DNA of 64,000 nucleotides from Cirrosporium novae-zelandiae (Eukaryota): NCBI GenBank assembly GCA_026023565.1, contig JAPETS010000033.1, positions 1 to 64,000 of the forward strand, read 5' to 3'. Shown piece by piece: positions 34,667 to 48,250 of this stretch (position 1 is its first letter; each line of letters starts with the position of its first letter). The notes under the pieces were generated by a model. It saw only the letters and a program-made list of their open reading frames with translations, ran no database searches and was not told where the DNA came from. The position numbers and the translations under genes were made by a program.

Positions 34667-37293
34667 CTAACCGTCACTGCCGCTACTTCTGAAAGTAGCA
34701 CAAATCTGACAATAATGATGTGTGAGATCCAGTACCGGCTGTGGCAGATTTGTGGCCTGGACGATGCTTCGGACCTTGACGGCACCTTCGTGTTCGATTA
34801 ATTTGCGAATTGAGTAAAGGAGCTCCGGTGAGAACTATCAATGGTATGTTTTAGTATTTGTGCCTGACGTTTGCTTTTGCAAGAGCTAGGAATATGCTTG
34901 ACATATCGACTTACCTCGGAATACCACCTGTACTGCCACGCAATCAACCTGATCAAAGAACCAAGCATCCCTCTCGCATCACCATCCCTCTCCCACATCC
35001 TCAACAAGCCCCTCATGCTCTTCGGGCTAAACCTCTCGCTCAGACACATTTGATAGGCCTCGGTGGCTTCTTCCTCATGATGCAGCCTTTCAGCTAGCTC
35101 CCCTAAAATCTCCCATTCAGCAGCCGACTTCTTGTATTCGCGTTTCTGGGACCGGAATTGGGCTTGCTCAGTGCGCCAGATGGTGTAGATACGTAAGTCC
35201 TCATAGAGAACCATGAATAGGTTATCGAGCCAACGTTCGCAGAGACGTTTGTTTTGAAATTGGGTATACGAAGTGTGCGAGGGGTCGTGCTGTTGTAAAG
35301 AGTACGATGTTAGTGAAATTGTTGCTTCGTTGCGGTACAGTTTGATGAGAGCTGGGGGTGGTGGATTATAAGCAAGGGAAAGGAGAGAAAGGTATAATAC
35401 ATCTTCTCCGCCAGCCTTGACGGTTTCTGATGCCACTGTCATTCCAGGTTTTTCTACTGAATTTCCATCATCAGTGGATGCCTTTACTGCGTGTCCGTTC
35501 GTCTGGGGGGTTTCTGGTTCCTTGGGTTCTCCGTTTTCCTTTCCTTCGTCGTGCCCATTTTCAGACGGAGCTGACTCTGTATTCCCGTCAATACCTGGGC
35601 TTGGAACACGCAAAGCGGTGGTGCTTGTGTTCCGGCTCGAAACGGCAGTTTGTTTCTCACTTCTGTATTCCTCCTCCATCACAAACACATGACTCCGGAT
35701 TTTCAATAATTGATCCCATCCAATTGATGCGGCAATCTTCGTAAGTAGGCTGTAAGCTCGTAGGAATGTGCCTTGGTAGTTTGCAGCATGTAATTTTCTC
35801 AAACTTGAATGCACTTCTTCAAATATGGATTTTGGTTGTCCGTCATCTAATTCATCAAGGACAGTTTCAGGCATAATTGGAAGTACAACACGAGTCGGTT
35901 CGGGTAATCGGGGGGCATCTTTATCCTGATATGTGAACATAGGGCAGGAGTTTAGGGTTAACAAGGCCAAATCCCATTGTTCCAGAGAAATATAAATATC
36001 AGCTAGCCTGGCCCAAGTGCAGAACTCGCTGGGAGCTGCTGTCACGCTTCGTTTAGCACATTCGAGTGCAATCTCCCCTTCTCCTTTGTTTTTGCAGAAC
36101 TCGGCTTGACAATCAAGTAACGAGTAGTCCATGGGGAGTTCTTTAACCGCTTCATGTAGGAGTCCGACGGCCTGGACTTCTTCATCTGCAGAAATGTAAA
36201 CACGGGCAAGAAGGGAGGACACTTCGATATCTTTCGTTCGAAGTTTCTCGAAGAGATTAATGCCCGAGGCATATCTCCCCGTTGTATGAATATATTTAAG
36301 GAGACCTGCAGTTAGATGATTGGATACCGTGTTTGGTATTTGTGTCTCGGAATCAGATCCGAGTTGTCGGCCTATAAAACCTGTCAGTCTGATCTTGCAA
36401 CCCAAGAGACGCTTAAAAAAGAAAAGAAAAACTAACCATTCCAAAACAGTTTTTCTGCTGCTTCCAAAAATTTATGTTCGGCCTCTGTGCTCGTTATTGG
36501 GTTGAATCTGCGTACTCCAACAATCTTCTTGATACTATCACCGCTTCCATCATCTGCGTATGAATATGCTCTTAGAATTCCACATAGAAATGTTTCAAGC
36601 CATAGGCCTTCTGATGCGACCCTTTTGTCCCCCCTCTCGTCAATGCAGTAGCATTCCACACCTCCAGGTATTTTGACCTCCACGCGCATATCAAGATGTG
36701 AAAAGGCATTGTAGCAGCTTGGCTAGGTCTGAGCAATATTCGTTGGAATGAGTTTAGGTCAGGCTTACCAGTATAAGCCTGAGACAACCTTGTGGGTCTT
36801 GTCGTTGGGCATATAAATCAGTGTATTGACGTAGGCAGCCAAGCTGGCAGACGAAGAAGCATCATTCCCAGTAACATGATGATAAACACCAATCTATCCA
36901 GAGTAATATCAGCTCAAGACCCAATTGATTCCCTTCCTCTTTCTATATGGGTTCTCCCCATTGAGTACTCACTTGTTTGCTTCCAGCCTTGGGCGACTGT
37001 TTGACTAGGTGAACGAGATCCGGAGGGCCTAACTCTCGTAATGTTTGCAGAGCCTCTGTTCTGGCATCGATCGAGGCAAAAAGGTCATCTTCTTCGATTA
37101 TCCTGAAGGGTGTATATTAACCACTGCAGTTCTTATAAATGACGTATCATGCGCAACTGCGCAGACCAGATTTCATATAGAAGAAACAAAAGTCACCGAG
37201 AAGAAATCAATCATCCCACGTGTTCTTTAGATTGTGCCTTGAACTTAATTAATTGTTAAATAGTACTTACTCTGGAATAGCAGGCGCAACCAT
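34667..37293 (-). CDS. Exomer cargo adaptor, ChAPs family (Bch1/Bud7-like); multi-exon
   Basis: MVAPAIPE|..LRELGPPDLVHLVK, YCCYNAFS.LDMRVEVKIPGGV, ALLTLNSCPMF, KRLCERWLDNLFMVLYEDLR, WQYRWYSEFSP. Stop TAG at 34667-34669. Confidence 0.92.
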
Positions 37294-37735
37294 TGCACCT
37301 CTTTTCCACACAGAGCTCTCCAAATTCGTCTTGACTAGGATTTTATGAGCAGGTTCGTGTGTATTGGCGCATAGAAATTCAACAAATGGGGGATCTAGGT
37401 GATAGTTTGAATTTCTTTTTGTTGAAAGATTATTTATGATTTCTGGTCGAAACGGTCACTGACATCCAACTGGACCAACTTGGTAGGTCCAAGCTTTGGA
37501 AGTTGAGGGACCCCCGGCTCGTAGCGAAAAGCTACCCACCCTGTCTGTTTGTCCGCTTGAAGTACGTTGCCCTAATTTCACTCTCGAGGCTTGGATAGAT
37601 ATATATAGTATATTCCCTCTTCCTGGAATTCTTACAAATTATTATTCCCCTTGTACAGTATCCTAGTCTATTTGAACAAATAATAACCGCGTCTTTGCTG
37701 TTAAAAGTAACACCACGTGCTGTTGATCTAATTCA

Positions 37736-38962
37736 TCAGTCTTCTCCATTCGCATCTTCCACAGTGGCATATTTCTTTCCTAACATTCCATCCGTAGTCC
37801 GTTTCCTTCTTTTCCCTAATAGATCCGATGCCCAACTGGAGAGCTGATAGATCCAACCCGCTCCAACCACAACCCCGCTAACCACATTCACAAGCCGGAC
37901 AACTAGACTCAGAAATGATGCCCTTTCCTCCTGGACCGTCAACAAGAGAGGCTCAATATCGAACTTGAAGAATATTCCGGGGATTTGTCGTTCGCCAACC
38001 ATGCGGGATTGCTCCGTAACGGCATATTGGTTCGTGATGATGTAGTTCTTGTTGCTACGGACGTAGACGGTTGGAATAAGGGAGAGATAATACTGGAATT
38101 TATAAAAATGGTTGACAGTCGTAGCATAGGTGTCGTCAAGAGGATTCTGAATCGAAGGATAATAAGGTCCAAACGAAAGTTCTCTGATAACATGGGAGAA
38201 ATTAAATGCTATATGGAGGTACAAATTAGCAAGGCACACCAAAGAATCGACAAGGGGTTCGTACCGGTATGATCCAAGTGCTCTCCGAAAGCCATATAGC
38301 CATGGCCCCTTGCGGTAATATGAAAATCTCCCTGCACCTTGTTCCCTTCGATAATCCCATAAATTCGACAGCTGTCTGCTTGTCCTCTCACTTTTGGGGT
38401 TTTTGAAAACTTCTTTTTCTTCCTCAGGCTAGACACATCACCAACATGAACCTCTTCATCTTCGTAGTTTTCGCCTTCTCCATGTAACTGATGGACTCCC
38501 TTGGTACCATACCATTTCTTCCATTGTGTAGGATCACGGGTAAGCAATTCTCCTGCAAAAATACGATCCCCTGCCGCATCTTGTACATTAATGTGAAGAT
38601 CGTCGCACTTCATATGAACAATCACATCCAAGTTGATTTGTAATTCGTGAGAAACGCCTTTCTCAACACTAAAAGTATGCGATTCATGGCCGCGATACCA
38701 ACCGAGGAATTCTGAAACGGTGAGAAGGAAGGATATAACGATTAGGACGGCAGTGAGTTGACCTCCACGACGACTGGCGGAGGTATATGTGGCTTTTGTT
38801 TTGGCTATTTGACATATTAGCCCGTAACTTTCCAACCGACAGCAATAGATTATAATAAGAAGCTCACTTACGAAAAGCATCAAAGGTCTTCAGCCCCTGG
38901 CTGAGACCCGACTTCTCCCCAAACACGCTCTCATCGAGCCCTTTCTCTGCAAAACCATTCAT
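37736..38962 (-). CDS. ERV41: ER-Golgi vesicle protein Erv41 (ERGIC2 family); introns 38805-38871 and 38209-38264
   Basis: LKTFDAFPKTK, NKVQGDFHITARGHGY, FNFSHVI.ELSFG, FQYYLS..PT, TNQYAVT, PGIFFKFDIEP and two TM segments. Confidence 0.92.
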
Positions 38963-39382
38963 TGGAGCTCTTAATTGTGTGAAGAAGAGACATCTACTTC
39001 TCAACTATCACATAACGAGCTGCTGAGATGAAATAAGTGGTACAGCTAGATTTCAAGTAGGGCTGGAAATAACACTTGTCCCTTGTTTGAGGCTGAAGCT
39101 TCGGGGGTTTAAACAAGAGTCGGGCCGAGGTCCAACTACTTTTCCTCCGTGCCCTCCGTGCCCTCTACGCCCGAACACCTGGGGGACTATTGGGACTATT
39201 CACAGTAGGGATCGCTTTGAGGTGCAGTCCCGAACTTCTCTCATTGGCTCTTTGTTACTGCACAGATACAAATATATGCCATTCGGCTAAGTATTAAAGT
39301 AGCTACCTGTTGAAATAAAGGCTGCTAAATGTTGAAGTTCGAATCGTACCAATCATACCAATCATGAATCCCAAGCACATCT

Positions 39383-40815
39383 TTAGGCTTCTCCCTCCCA
39401 AATACTATCCGCAATACTTCTCACCAGATCCAACTTCTTAACCATCCCATCCCAATCAATTGCATTACCAGCCTCATGACTTGCAAATCCACATTGAGGA
39501 CTTACACCTAATCTTTTCAACGCCTCCTCTTTGGATACATTGTTACCCTCTGCCACAAATTGCGCCGCTTGCATGACTCGCTCTTTCATTTCTGCTGGGT
39601 CCTCCAGTTTAGGGAATTTACTCGTCACAATACCGAGGATAACACTCTTATTCAGAGGGAGATGTTTAAGTGGTTCAAAGCCGCCAGCACGATGTGTGTC
39701 ATATTCGAGGTAAAAGGTATGAACCTTCATGGTCTCGAAGAGCGTGGTTGCAATAGCATCGTAGCTACCTTCGGCGAAGTGGACACTATTGGCGAAATTC
39801 CCACGGCACAAATGTACACCAATGTGCATATCTGGTGGACAATGAGATATGCAATCATTGTATAGTTTTATGTAGGTGTGAAGCTGATCTTCCACAGTAC
39901 AAGTATTGAGAGGGTCAGCTTTCCAGCCCGACATCATGGAGTCGGAGCAGAAGTAGGCAAGGTTAGGATCATCAAACTGGATGTTGCGGAGACCGGCGTT
40001 GTAGAGGATGCCAAGTTCAGTTTGGTAGGCTTGGGCTATATCGGCAAAGTACTCATCATCGTTTGCATATACATCTTTTGAATATGCTCTACCGTTTCTG
40101 TATCGCATATGATACCATTCCGGTGCGGCGAGTGTAAGCTTGCAATCTTTCACCTTGTCCGGAGGTACCAGAGATTTGAGATAGTTCCATTGATCAATAT
40201 AGGTAGAACCCACGTGCTTGATTTTACCGGTGCATATAACGGACTCGCCAGGGTTTAAGCCCGTGTTTGTGAAGGCTGCAATGTCGGGCATGTAAGGCCG
40301 GAATATGTCAGCCGGGGGATCATGAATTACAGTAAAGCCTTCGAGACCAGGGAAGAATGTGCCCTAGAAGAAGCAGATTTTCATACCGTTAGTGAGATTG
40401 ATTTTATATATAATTAAAATATTATAACTCATAATTCATTATGATAAATTTTCTAGGTAGCTAAGAAGGGTTTCGTAAGTTTCCCCATAATTTGCACATG
40501 GCGAGGCAAGTCAGAAAATAAAGAACAGTACATTCAAGGTAAGATAATATATAAGAAGGCAGTTATAGTAGAATGATGACTCACCCAGAATTGATGTCGA
40601 CGGTACTCGCCATCAGTAATGGCACGGAACCCAGCTTTCAATTGAACATCAACGATCTCCTTGACTGATTCATCCTCTATCTTTGTCAATTCGTCCTTGC
40701 TAATGGCACCCTTGATGACACCCTCTCTAGCTTTTAGTAGCTTTGCTGGTCTTAGAAGAGACCCAAGGTGTTCTGCTCTGAAAGGAGGATCTCTATGCAA
40801 CTTCATGGAGGCCAT
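39383..40815 (-). CDS. Half-size cobalamin-independent methionine synthase-like protein (MetE C-terminal domain, YxjG/YxjH-like); intron 40364-40584
   Basis: PPFRAEHLGSLLRP, ITDGEYRR, IQFDDP, and Zn-ligand motifs HLCRGN, YLEYD and SPQCGFAS. Confidence 0.9.
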
Positions 40816-41650
40816 TGTGATATTGAAGGACCAGAACAGAGCGGTAGGGGAAGATGAAAGATCAGGTGCGGAGAAGTGAATTCCTCCATTCTGAAAAATC
40901 GGCAGATGAGTATTTATGCGGTCAATGGTCAATGAAGGATCTGAATACCGCGAAATCGGCAATGGCATGAGCTGATGAACCGAAAAACAATCGCGGGGGT
41001 GGGGTTTTAGATCGACTTGGTGCTGTAACGTCCGATGATTTACTTGAGCCAAGACTTCGATGAGAGAGGGTAGAGAGGGGTATATTTAGGCAATGTTGGA
41101 GTTTTAATTAAAATTATAGAGTATCAATATACCAACCACCATCCATCACCATCAACTCTGTCAATCATTTAATATTTACATCTTTCCTGTTTTAATCTAC
41201 AAAACATAATTTCCTATTTTCTATTCACTAGTTTTATGAAATAATAAACTTTAGTCTGATTCTAACCTTTTCTTCCTTTCCACTATATTGTACTGTACTA
41301 TACTCATGTTAAAAATTAGTGAATGATATGATTCACAGCTTCTAACAGTGAAACACCTGTGAAGCTTGAAAATATGACAAGTCTTGCACATACAAGAAAA
41401 TATTGACTTTCAAGACGCCGGTGCTCAGCGCACAGACATGACTTCTCCAAGTATATCAAGCTCTCCACACATCCCTACATCCAACACTATAGCATCCAAC
41501 TGTGTCAATCTAACTAAGTAAGACATTCTGTACCCATTCTAGGTAGAAGACTGTTAAAGCTTGATATCCAACTCTAGGTCTATCCAAGATCCGCTTAGAA
41601 ATTCTCTTCCGTCCAAGGCCTTTCCTGAAGTGAACCAGCTTTCAAGTGGA

Positions 41651-43078
41651 ATGGCTCCCATCCCGTCAAAGGCTGATCTACAGCAAACCTATTCAAGTCA
41701 AATAGAGACATGCCCACAATCAAAGGCAAACCAGGAATTCAAAATGGCTACTGAGCATGGTCTTCAGGTTAGGCCGATATCTTCAAACGCAATCACATTT
41801 GAAAAGCCCTACTGTTACATTCTACGTATGCCATCTGAAATCCTGGACATGATTGTTGACCATATCGATATCGAGCCACCTTCAATTAGAAACTTCTATG
41901 AGGCTACAACCCATAAGGCCACTCAATCGGAATGTCAAGATATAAAGAACTTGTCTTTCACGTGTCGTGTACTCCGCGCGATAGCACTACCACAACTCTT
42001 TAGAGCTTTGAGAATTGAGTTTGGTGACATATCCAAGGTCTTTGAGAATCTTCATCTTTTTAACGTACACCGTCGTTATAAAGTTCGAAGTATCTGTCTG
42101 ACCTTCCCAACACACCAAAATATATTGCCGTTCCCGATCACCAACAAGTCACTCGCGGAGAGGAACCTTATACCAAACCTTTGCCGGCAAGTTTTTCGGA
42201 ATAGCAAGGAACGAGTTTTTACTGTGGTTGGGAGTTCAGCTGAACTAGCTTTTATAACCGGTATTTCGCTAGACTATACAACTACGGACTTTCTCTGTCA
42301 TTCTATGACGCAGTACATGCAATTTCGATCCTCCGATAAAGTTACCCTGGATATAGAGCTACAGAAAAGTAGCGGCCAACCGTTCCCGATATCCTTGCTT
42401 AACGTTTTTCCATGGACATCGTTTTATATCAATGAAGGCAACTTTGCTCCCGAGTATACAATGTACGAACACTATCTTCGACGGCCCCCTTCTATACTGG
42501 TTACCATGGTCATAGGATTTCACAGATACTACAGCGACTCGAGATACAACCTGACAAACCCTATTCCTTTCATATTCTTCTCACTTCTCCGCACTTTTAG
42601 CTACACCGCCGTATTTCCTCTCAGCATACAAGTAGAAGCTGTGAGTCGCCTGGCGAGCATGCTCCCCAATCTTAAGAAATTTGAACTCCAGCTCGCCCCT
42701 ACTCCTTCCGAAAGATCTATGTGGAGAGGTTGTAAATCGATTGACCCTCACGATCTCTGGACCGAATTTGAGATGTCTTATGTATACATCTTCACTAGAC
42801 TGAAGGTCTGCCTCAAACCCCCAGGAACTGCAGCTATCCTCCCCTCGGATAGTGAGAATTATCTGCGTCTTGCTACCGACATTCAAGAGATTCGATTCAG
42901 GGATAATGTGGAATCCGAAGCGAGAGCTACCATACAGGGGCTGCGATGCCCCTTTGACTATATGCAGAATATGAAGAGGTGCCTCCCGCTCGAAGATGGG
43001 AGGTGGGCCAGATATGACACTTTGAAGCCGAGCACCAACAGAGACAAGGGATCAGGGGATCAACTTTGGGTGATGTAA
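41651..43078 (+). CDS. Fungal F-box domain protein
   Basis: Long intronless ORF with F-box-like ILRMPSEILDMIVDHI..IKNLSFTCR.LR..ALPQLFR. The start could also be ATG 41744. Confidence 0.75.
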   Translation: MAPIPSKADLQQTYSSQIETCPQSKANQEFKMATEHGLQVRPISSNAITFEKPYCYILRMPSEILDMIVDHIDIEPPSIRNFYEATTHKATQSECQDIKNLSFTCRVLRAIALPQLFRALRIEFGDISKVFENLHLFNVHRRYKVRSICLTFPTHQNILPFPITNKSLAERNLIPNLCRQVFRNSKERVFTVVGSSAELAFITGISLDYTTTDFLCHSMTQYMQFRSSDKVTLDIELQKSSGQPFPISLLNVFPWTSFYINEGNFAPEYTMYEHYLRRPPSILVTMVIGFHRYYSDSRYNLTNPIPFIFFSLLRTFSYTAVFPLSIQVEAVSRLASMLPNLKKFELQLAPTPSERSMWRGCKSIDPHDLWTEFEMSYVYIFTRLKVCLKPPGTAAILPSDSENYLRLATDIQEIRFRDNVESEARATIQGLRCPFDYMQNMKRCLPLEDGRWARYDTLKPSTNRDKGSGDQLWVM

Positions 43079-46000
43079 TAATTAAGAATGGGGAACACAT
43101 CCCTGGTCTGTTACACACATTTGCTTGGCGACATACCTATGACTTTACGACCTCAACGACCTCACAACCTCAACGACCTTAACCACACTTCACGACCTCC
43201 ACCTCTCATATCAATACACCCACCGCCACCCCAATACTACCACGTCTACTCCCAGCTACATTTACTACCCGACTCGATCCAACCTCCATCTTTCTCCAAC
43301 AGCCCTTTGAGACCCATGACTTTGTCTTCCCCGCATAGCACTCCATGCCACACCACGACACGACAAAATCGCATCTACGCCATTTTCCCAGCCTCTTTTT
43401 ATTTCCTTTCTTTTCTGAACTAGTCTCCAACCTTAGCTTCATGCATTATAATCCAACCCAATCCAATTCTATTCAGTTCATTTGTTAATTTGGGAGCGTG
43501 GAGGGATTTCATCATTGCTGTTGATAGATACATGGATAGATAGATAGGAAGAACCCAACCAAACTTCAAATTCAAAATCCATTAAATTCTACTATTGTAT
43601 CTTTGTCCTAGATTTCTTCTTCTTCTTCTAGTAATGCTTTCACCACACACCACATCCCCATAATCCATAATCGCACAAACATCCACCCCTTTCCCCCTTC
43701 CCTTCCCTTCCCCAATCTCATGTATTCTACTCAAGTAAATCTCAAAATCTCAAAATTCCTTTCCCACATCATGTATCCATGTACATATCTAAAACCAAAT
43801 TTCATACTTTATCAAATAGGGAAGATGTGGTTATTGTATTTATTTGTATACGTAGTTACGTCGTTAGTTGTATTGATAGATAGATACCTAGCTATCTATA
43901 TATGTACAGTACAATAAAGAAGACTAGTGGCACATGGATCATGAACTATAGACCATGGGAGTATGGATGGATAGGCGAATAGGCAAGTAATAGTGAATAG
44001 TTGAATGACTTACTCACTTTACCCATCCTACTTCCCAGGCCCTTAAACAACCCCGGCTTTAACTCTAGCTCTGGCTCTGCCCCTACCCCATTCATTCCTT
44101 CATTCATTCATTCATCCACACCGAGGAGACGCATGTATGTATGTATGCTCGCACATATACCATACGATCCAATACGAGATATATCCCCGTAGCTTCGCAC
44201 GCACACCAACTATATTTACAAAACACGTACATACCTAATAATCTATAAAAAATAGATCAATATGTTAGGTGTTATCTCTTCTTCTTCTTCTTTTTCTTTC
44301 TTTGCCACAAGCAAAGCAAGAAAAGAAAAGAAAAAGTAAAGTAAAGCAAAGCCAGACACAATGAGTAGATGAATAGATGAATAGGATAGGTAGATAGTTA
44401 GATAGAGATAGAGAGATAGAGATGGAGATATAGTGGATACACTATTAAATTTCCTTCACTCTTTTCATTATCTCTTCTTCGTTCGTTCGTCTGTTGATCA
44501 TTGATGGATGGATGTGGTTCCGCTGAGTCAATTTGCATGTGTAGTCGTTTGAAGTGTATCATAATCTTTGATATGTCGGGAATGGTTTCGTAGATGTATT
44601 TCTCTTTAGGTAGATAGGATGGGTAGCTATCTGGGAGGGGAGCGGTGGGTTCTGGGGTACGACGTAATTGAGGATTACGGTGAGGCGATGCTCCTAGCGA
44701 GGACGGGGGGGAAGGAAACGAGGTTCCTCGCTTGGCACGATAGTTTCATAAAGCTGCGGTCTGTAGAAGTGGATGCTATGATGGTAAGAATATCCCAAAA
44801 AAGTTATACTCTTCAAAGCTGTTGCGAAAGGTGACTCTCAAAAGAACAAGCATTTTTAATCTGATACCATGTTCCATGGTCTCTCTCTCTATGTGTGATG
44901 TGTGTTGCTGCACTTGGCTGTCTGGGAGTGGCGTGACGAGACTATTTACCACTTTTAGAAATATCATCTCTTGTGTGTGGTGTCCGTATTATCATATGCA
45001 GTAGTATCCCAACACCCCTGCCTCTTCCGTTCCGGGAACTCGGGATTTAATAGTCCGATATGATGGATGGCTGGTGGTATAGTCTGATAAGTTGAGCGTG
45101 TAGCATCATCTACAGTAGAAGGCGAGAATTATTGAAATTTTCGGATCTCGGGCCGTTTAAATACCTCAATGAGCTTGAAGGATCAGTCTGGGAATTTCTT
45201 TTTAATTGATAGGCGCTTTCATGTCTGCGATAATTGGCTTTTAGGTCTAGTGTGATATTTTCTTCCTTCGCGTGAAGCTGTCAAATGATTAATGTCGTAT
45301 AGGCGACATTGCATTGATAGAACTAGGTCTTTGTTGCTCCTTTGAAGATGAATCCTCAGGACTCTCTATTCTGTTGGCGATAGCCAAATTGTTCTAGATA
45401 TGTAGACGTAGTACATATTGGATTATCCATGTAGAATGAGAAGTCGAAGTTGAGATATTGTGATGTGTACTCGAGTCAAGAATCCAGCTCAGTATTGTTG
45501 ATAGCGCCTTCCCTTTCCGGTGGATCATGTATTGCCTAGTTCTTGAATATTTGTCAATCCAGTTGTCACTACCATGAGAATATCTGCTAAGAGCCATCCT
45601 GCTGAATAGCGCCATTTCCATCGTAGGTGGCCACCGATGAAATAGTAACGATTAATAATCAACTAGATTGCACGGATGAAGAGAGTGAGGCATCGGGGTC
45701 TCTAATCCTTAGTATGGATATTTTTGCCGATAGAATGTCTCGGGCCATCAGGATGAACCAAATTTTATTTTGAAGCTCAACCTTGTTCAGCCCTGTTCAG
45801 CCTGGACCTTTGAAGCAGGCCCGCGTGGAGATTCGGTGGTTAGATGTTTCCATCCAGGTTAATCCTGGTTGCCGTTGATCCATAATTAGAAAGCACCAAA
45901 GACTTCGACAACCGACCCTACGAGATGCTATCGATCGAACACCTCTGCTGTTCTATAGCGTTTCGCTCGTAGATATGTAACCCTGACGACAGTCCTCGAA

Positions 46001-46085
46001 GTAATCCACTTCCTATCTTATTGCGTTATTGGTAGTACGGAGTCCCAAAAGCATCCTTGAAGAATTGTCTCTATTTTTCATCAAA

Positions 46086-48250
46086 TCAACCTTCTTTGAC
46101 CCTCTTACTTCTTGCCCCAACCAGCTCATCCCCAAGTCTCTTACTCCCAGGTAAACTCCCAGTCCCAATATTTCTATCTTCAGGTGTGATTCTCCTTGCT
46201 GGATAGGTTCCCTCCTTAAGTCCTTGGAAGCAATTAGTGTAGGGCTTTTCGTTATTGGTTGAAAAGTAAGGGTGTTCCAGAGCATCCTTGGCCGTGATCC
46301 GTTTTGTTGGATCATATTCCAGAAGTGCGCAGAGTAGATCAAGGCCCTCCTGTCCAGGATTAGCTTCGGAGGGAGCATTGGGGTACCCAGAAGCCTTAAG
46401 AGTGTTGTGGTACCAGTTTTCAAGTCCTGGATACTGAAAAGTCTTGGAGGGTGTATTATGATGACGGTGATTGTGGGTTCGAGCGGCGGCCATGTTCATG
46501 AGATTTGCATATTCTGGCATGCTGGTTAAGAGAGGCCACCGCTCCTTGGTTGGAATACCGAGAATCTCGATAATCTTTTGCATCTGGTTGCGTTGGAAGG
46601 GAACGGTTTTCTTAGAATCCATTTTAGCTTCCTCGCCCTTAAAGATAGGTCGCAATGAAAGTAGTTCGGCAAAAATGCAACCAACGGCCCACAGGTCAAT
46701 GGCAGGTGTGTAGTGCCGAGATCCAAGGAGTAGTTCTGGTGCTCGGTACCAGATTGTGACAACAACTTTGTCGCCTTGGAATAGAGATTGAAGGGGTTTG
46801 TGGAACAGACGGGCAAGACCTAAGTCGCCTATTCGAACTTCACCAGCACGAGTCACCATGATATTGGCTGGTTTGAGATCCCGATGAAGGACCCAGTTTG
46901 AGTGGAGGTAAAGAAGCCCATTGAGCAGTTGGAATAAAATAGATTTGATAGTCGGGGCGGGAATTGGTGAACGTGGGGGCTGCGTGTGATGGTGAATTAT
47001 CTGCAAAAGATCATGCTCAGCATATTCTAAGACCATGCAGATGCACTTATCCTCAAGGATGATCTCTATCAGGTTGATCACATTCGGATGGGAAAGCTCA
47101 GTGCAGAGAGCCATCTCCCGGATAGCAGATTGAGAAAGACCGGTGTATTGGATCATATCGCCTTCCCTGTCTGGTTTAAACCTGCAGGAAAGATTAGCAC
47201 CAATTTGTCTTCGATGGGGAGCTATTGCTAAGGAAACATACTTCTTGATGGCAAATTCCCCAGGTTGGCCATTTTTGCCGCAAACCTTATAGACCCGTCC
47301 ATAGGTACCACTACTGATGAAGCCCATAATCGAATACTTGTCTTGTAATCTGAATTTGGGAACATATCCGCCGGTGGTGTGGACTCTTCTTGAATCGGTA
47401 GGTTCTGGGAATGGAAAATAACGATAAGCGTTGGGTCTTCCATGGAGATAATGGTGAGGATTATGATGAGGTACGAAGTTTGGGGGATACATGATGAGTG
47501 AAAATAAAAAGATGAAAATGAGAGGGGATAGAATATAATGGAATATAATGAGGGGTATAAAATGAGTTGAAGGATAGGTATGCAGATGAAAGTTTATGGG
47601 TTGAGTTATCAGGCTGCCAGGGAGGGATAATTTGTTGAATTGTAGCCAGATTATTCAGGCATTTACAGTATCAGTGCAGATTTTCAGACTTGTTTAGTCT
47701 GAATTTGATGTTCCACAAGACGATGGACAATTACATCGAAAGTCATATGGAAATCCGAGCGTCTGGGCATCTAGGCATCTAGGCATCTAGGCATTTAGGC
47801 ATTTGGGAACCTGGCCATGTAAACTTCTTGTCCTTATAGTTGCATTTCGCAACGAGGCGAAGCCGATGAAACAAGTGGAACAAGTGGATCAGATGAAATG
47901 CCGTCAGACAAACAGACGAAAGAGATGGAAGACGGATGATGGCGGGGAAGTGGGGAAGAAATTGGGCAAGCTGTTGGATTACTACTACTTCTAGAGAGGA
48001 TGTAAGATGATGGACTATAGGAAGTAGTAGTAGTAGTGGTAGTGGTAGTAGTAGTAGTGGTAGTATACAGAGTAGGAGTAGAGTCATGGAACTTTGGTAG
48101 AGTAATCTAATAATGGGGGGTGGGGGGAGATTTACTCTTACCATCAAGGGCGGCTTGAACGCTCCTTCTCAAATTCTGGCTTGCGGCTGCGGTAATCATG
48201 GATGATCTGCTGGCGGCGGCGGCGGAAGAGGATGGGTTAGTCATACTCAT
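46086..48250 (-). CDS. SSN3: Mediator kinase CDK8 (Ssn3/Srb10); intron 47182-47241; upstream exon 48250-48142 with intron 47405-48141, or alternative start at 47492
   Basis: GFISSGTYGRVYK, AIKK|FKPD, SQSAIREM, HRDLKPANI, DLGLAR, VVVTIWYRAPELLLG, PIFKGEEAK..PFQRNQ. Confidence 0.93.
47766..47804. repeat. 8-bp tandem repeat (GGCATCTA)n inside the proposed SSN3 first intron
   Basis: GGCATCTA x3 followed by GGCATTTA and GGCATTT. Confidence 0.85.

Noticed and set aside
3341..48250. Functional cluster of Pol II regulators (cyclin K/T, TFIIB, CDK8)
   Set aside because: Spread over 45 kb among unrelated genes. CDK8 partners cyclin C, not this cyclin, so this is likely coincidence.
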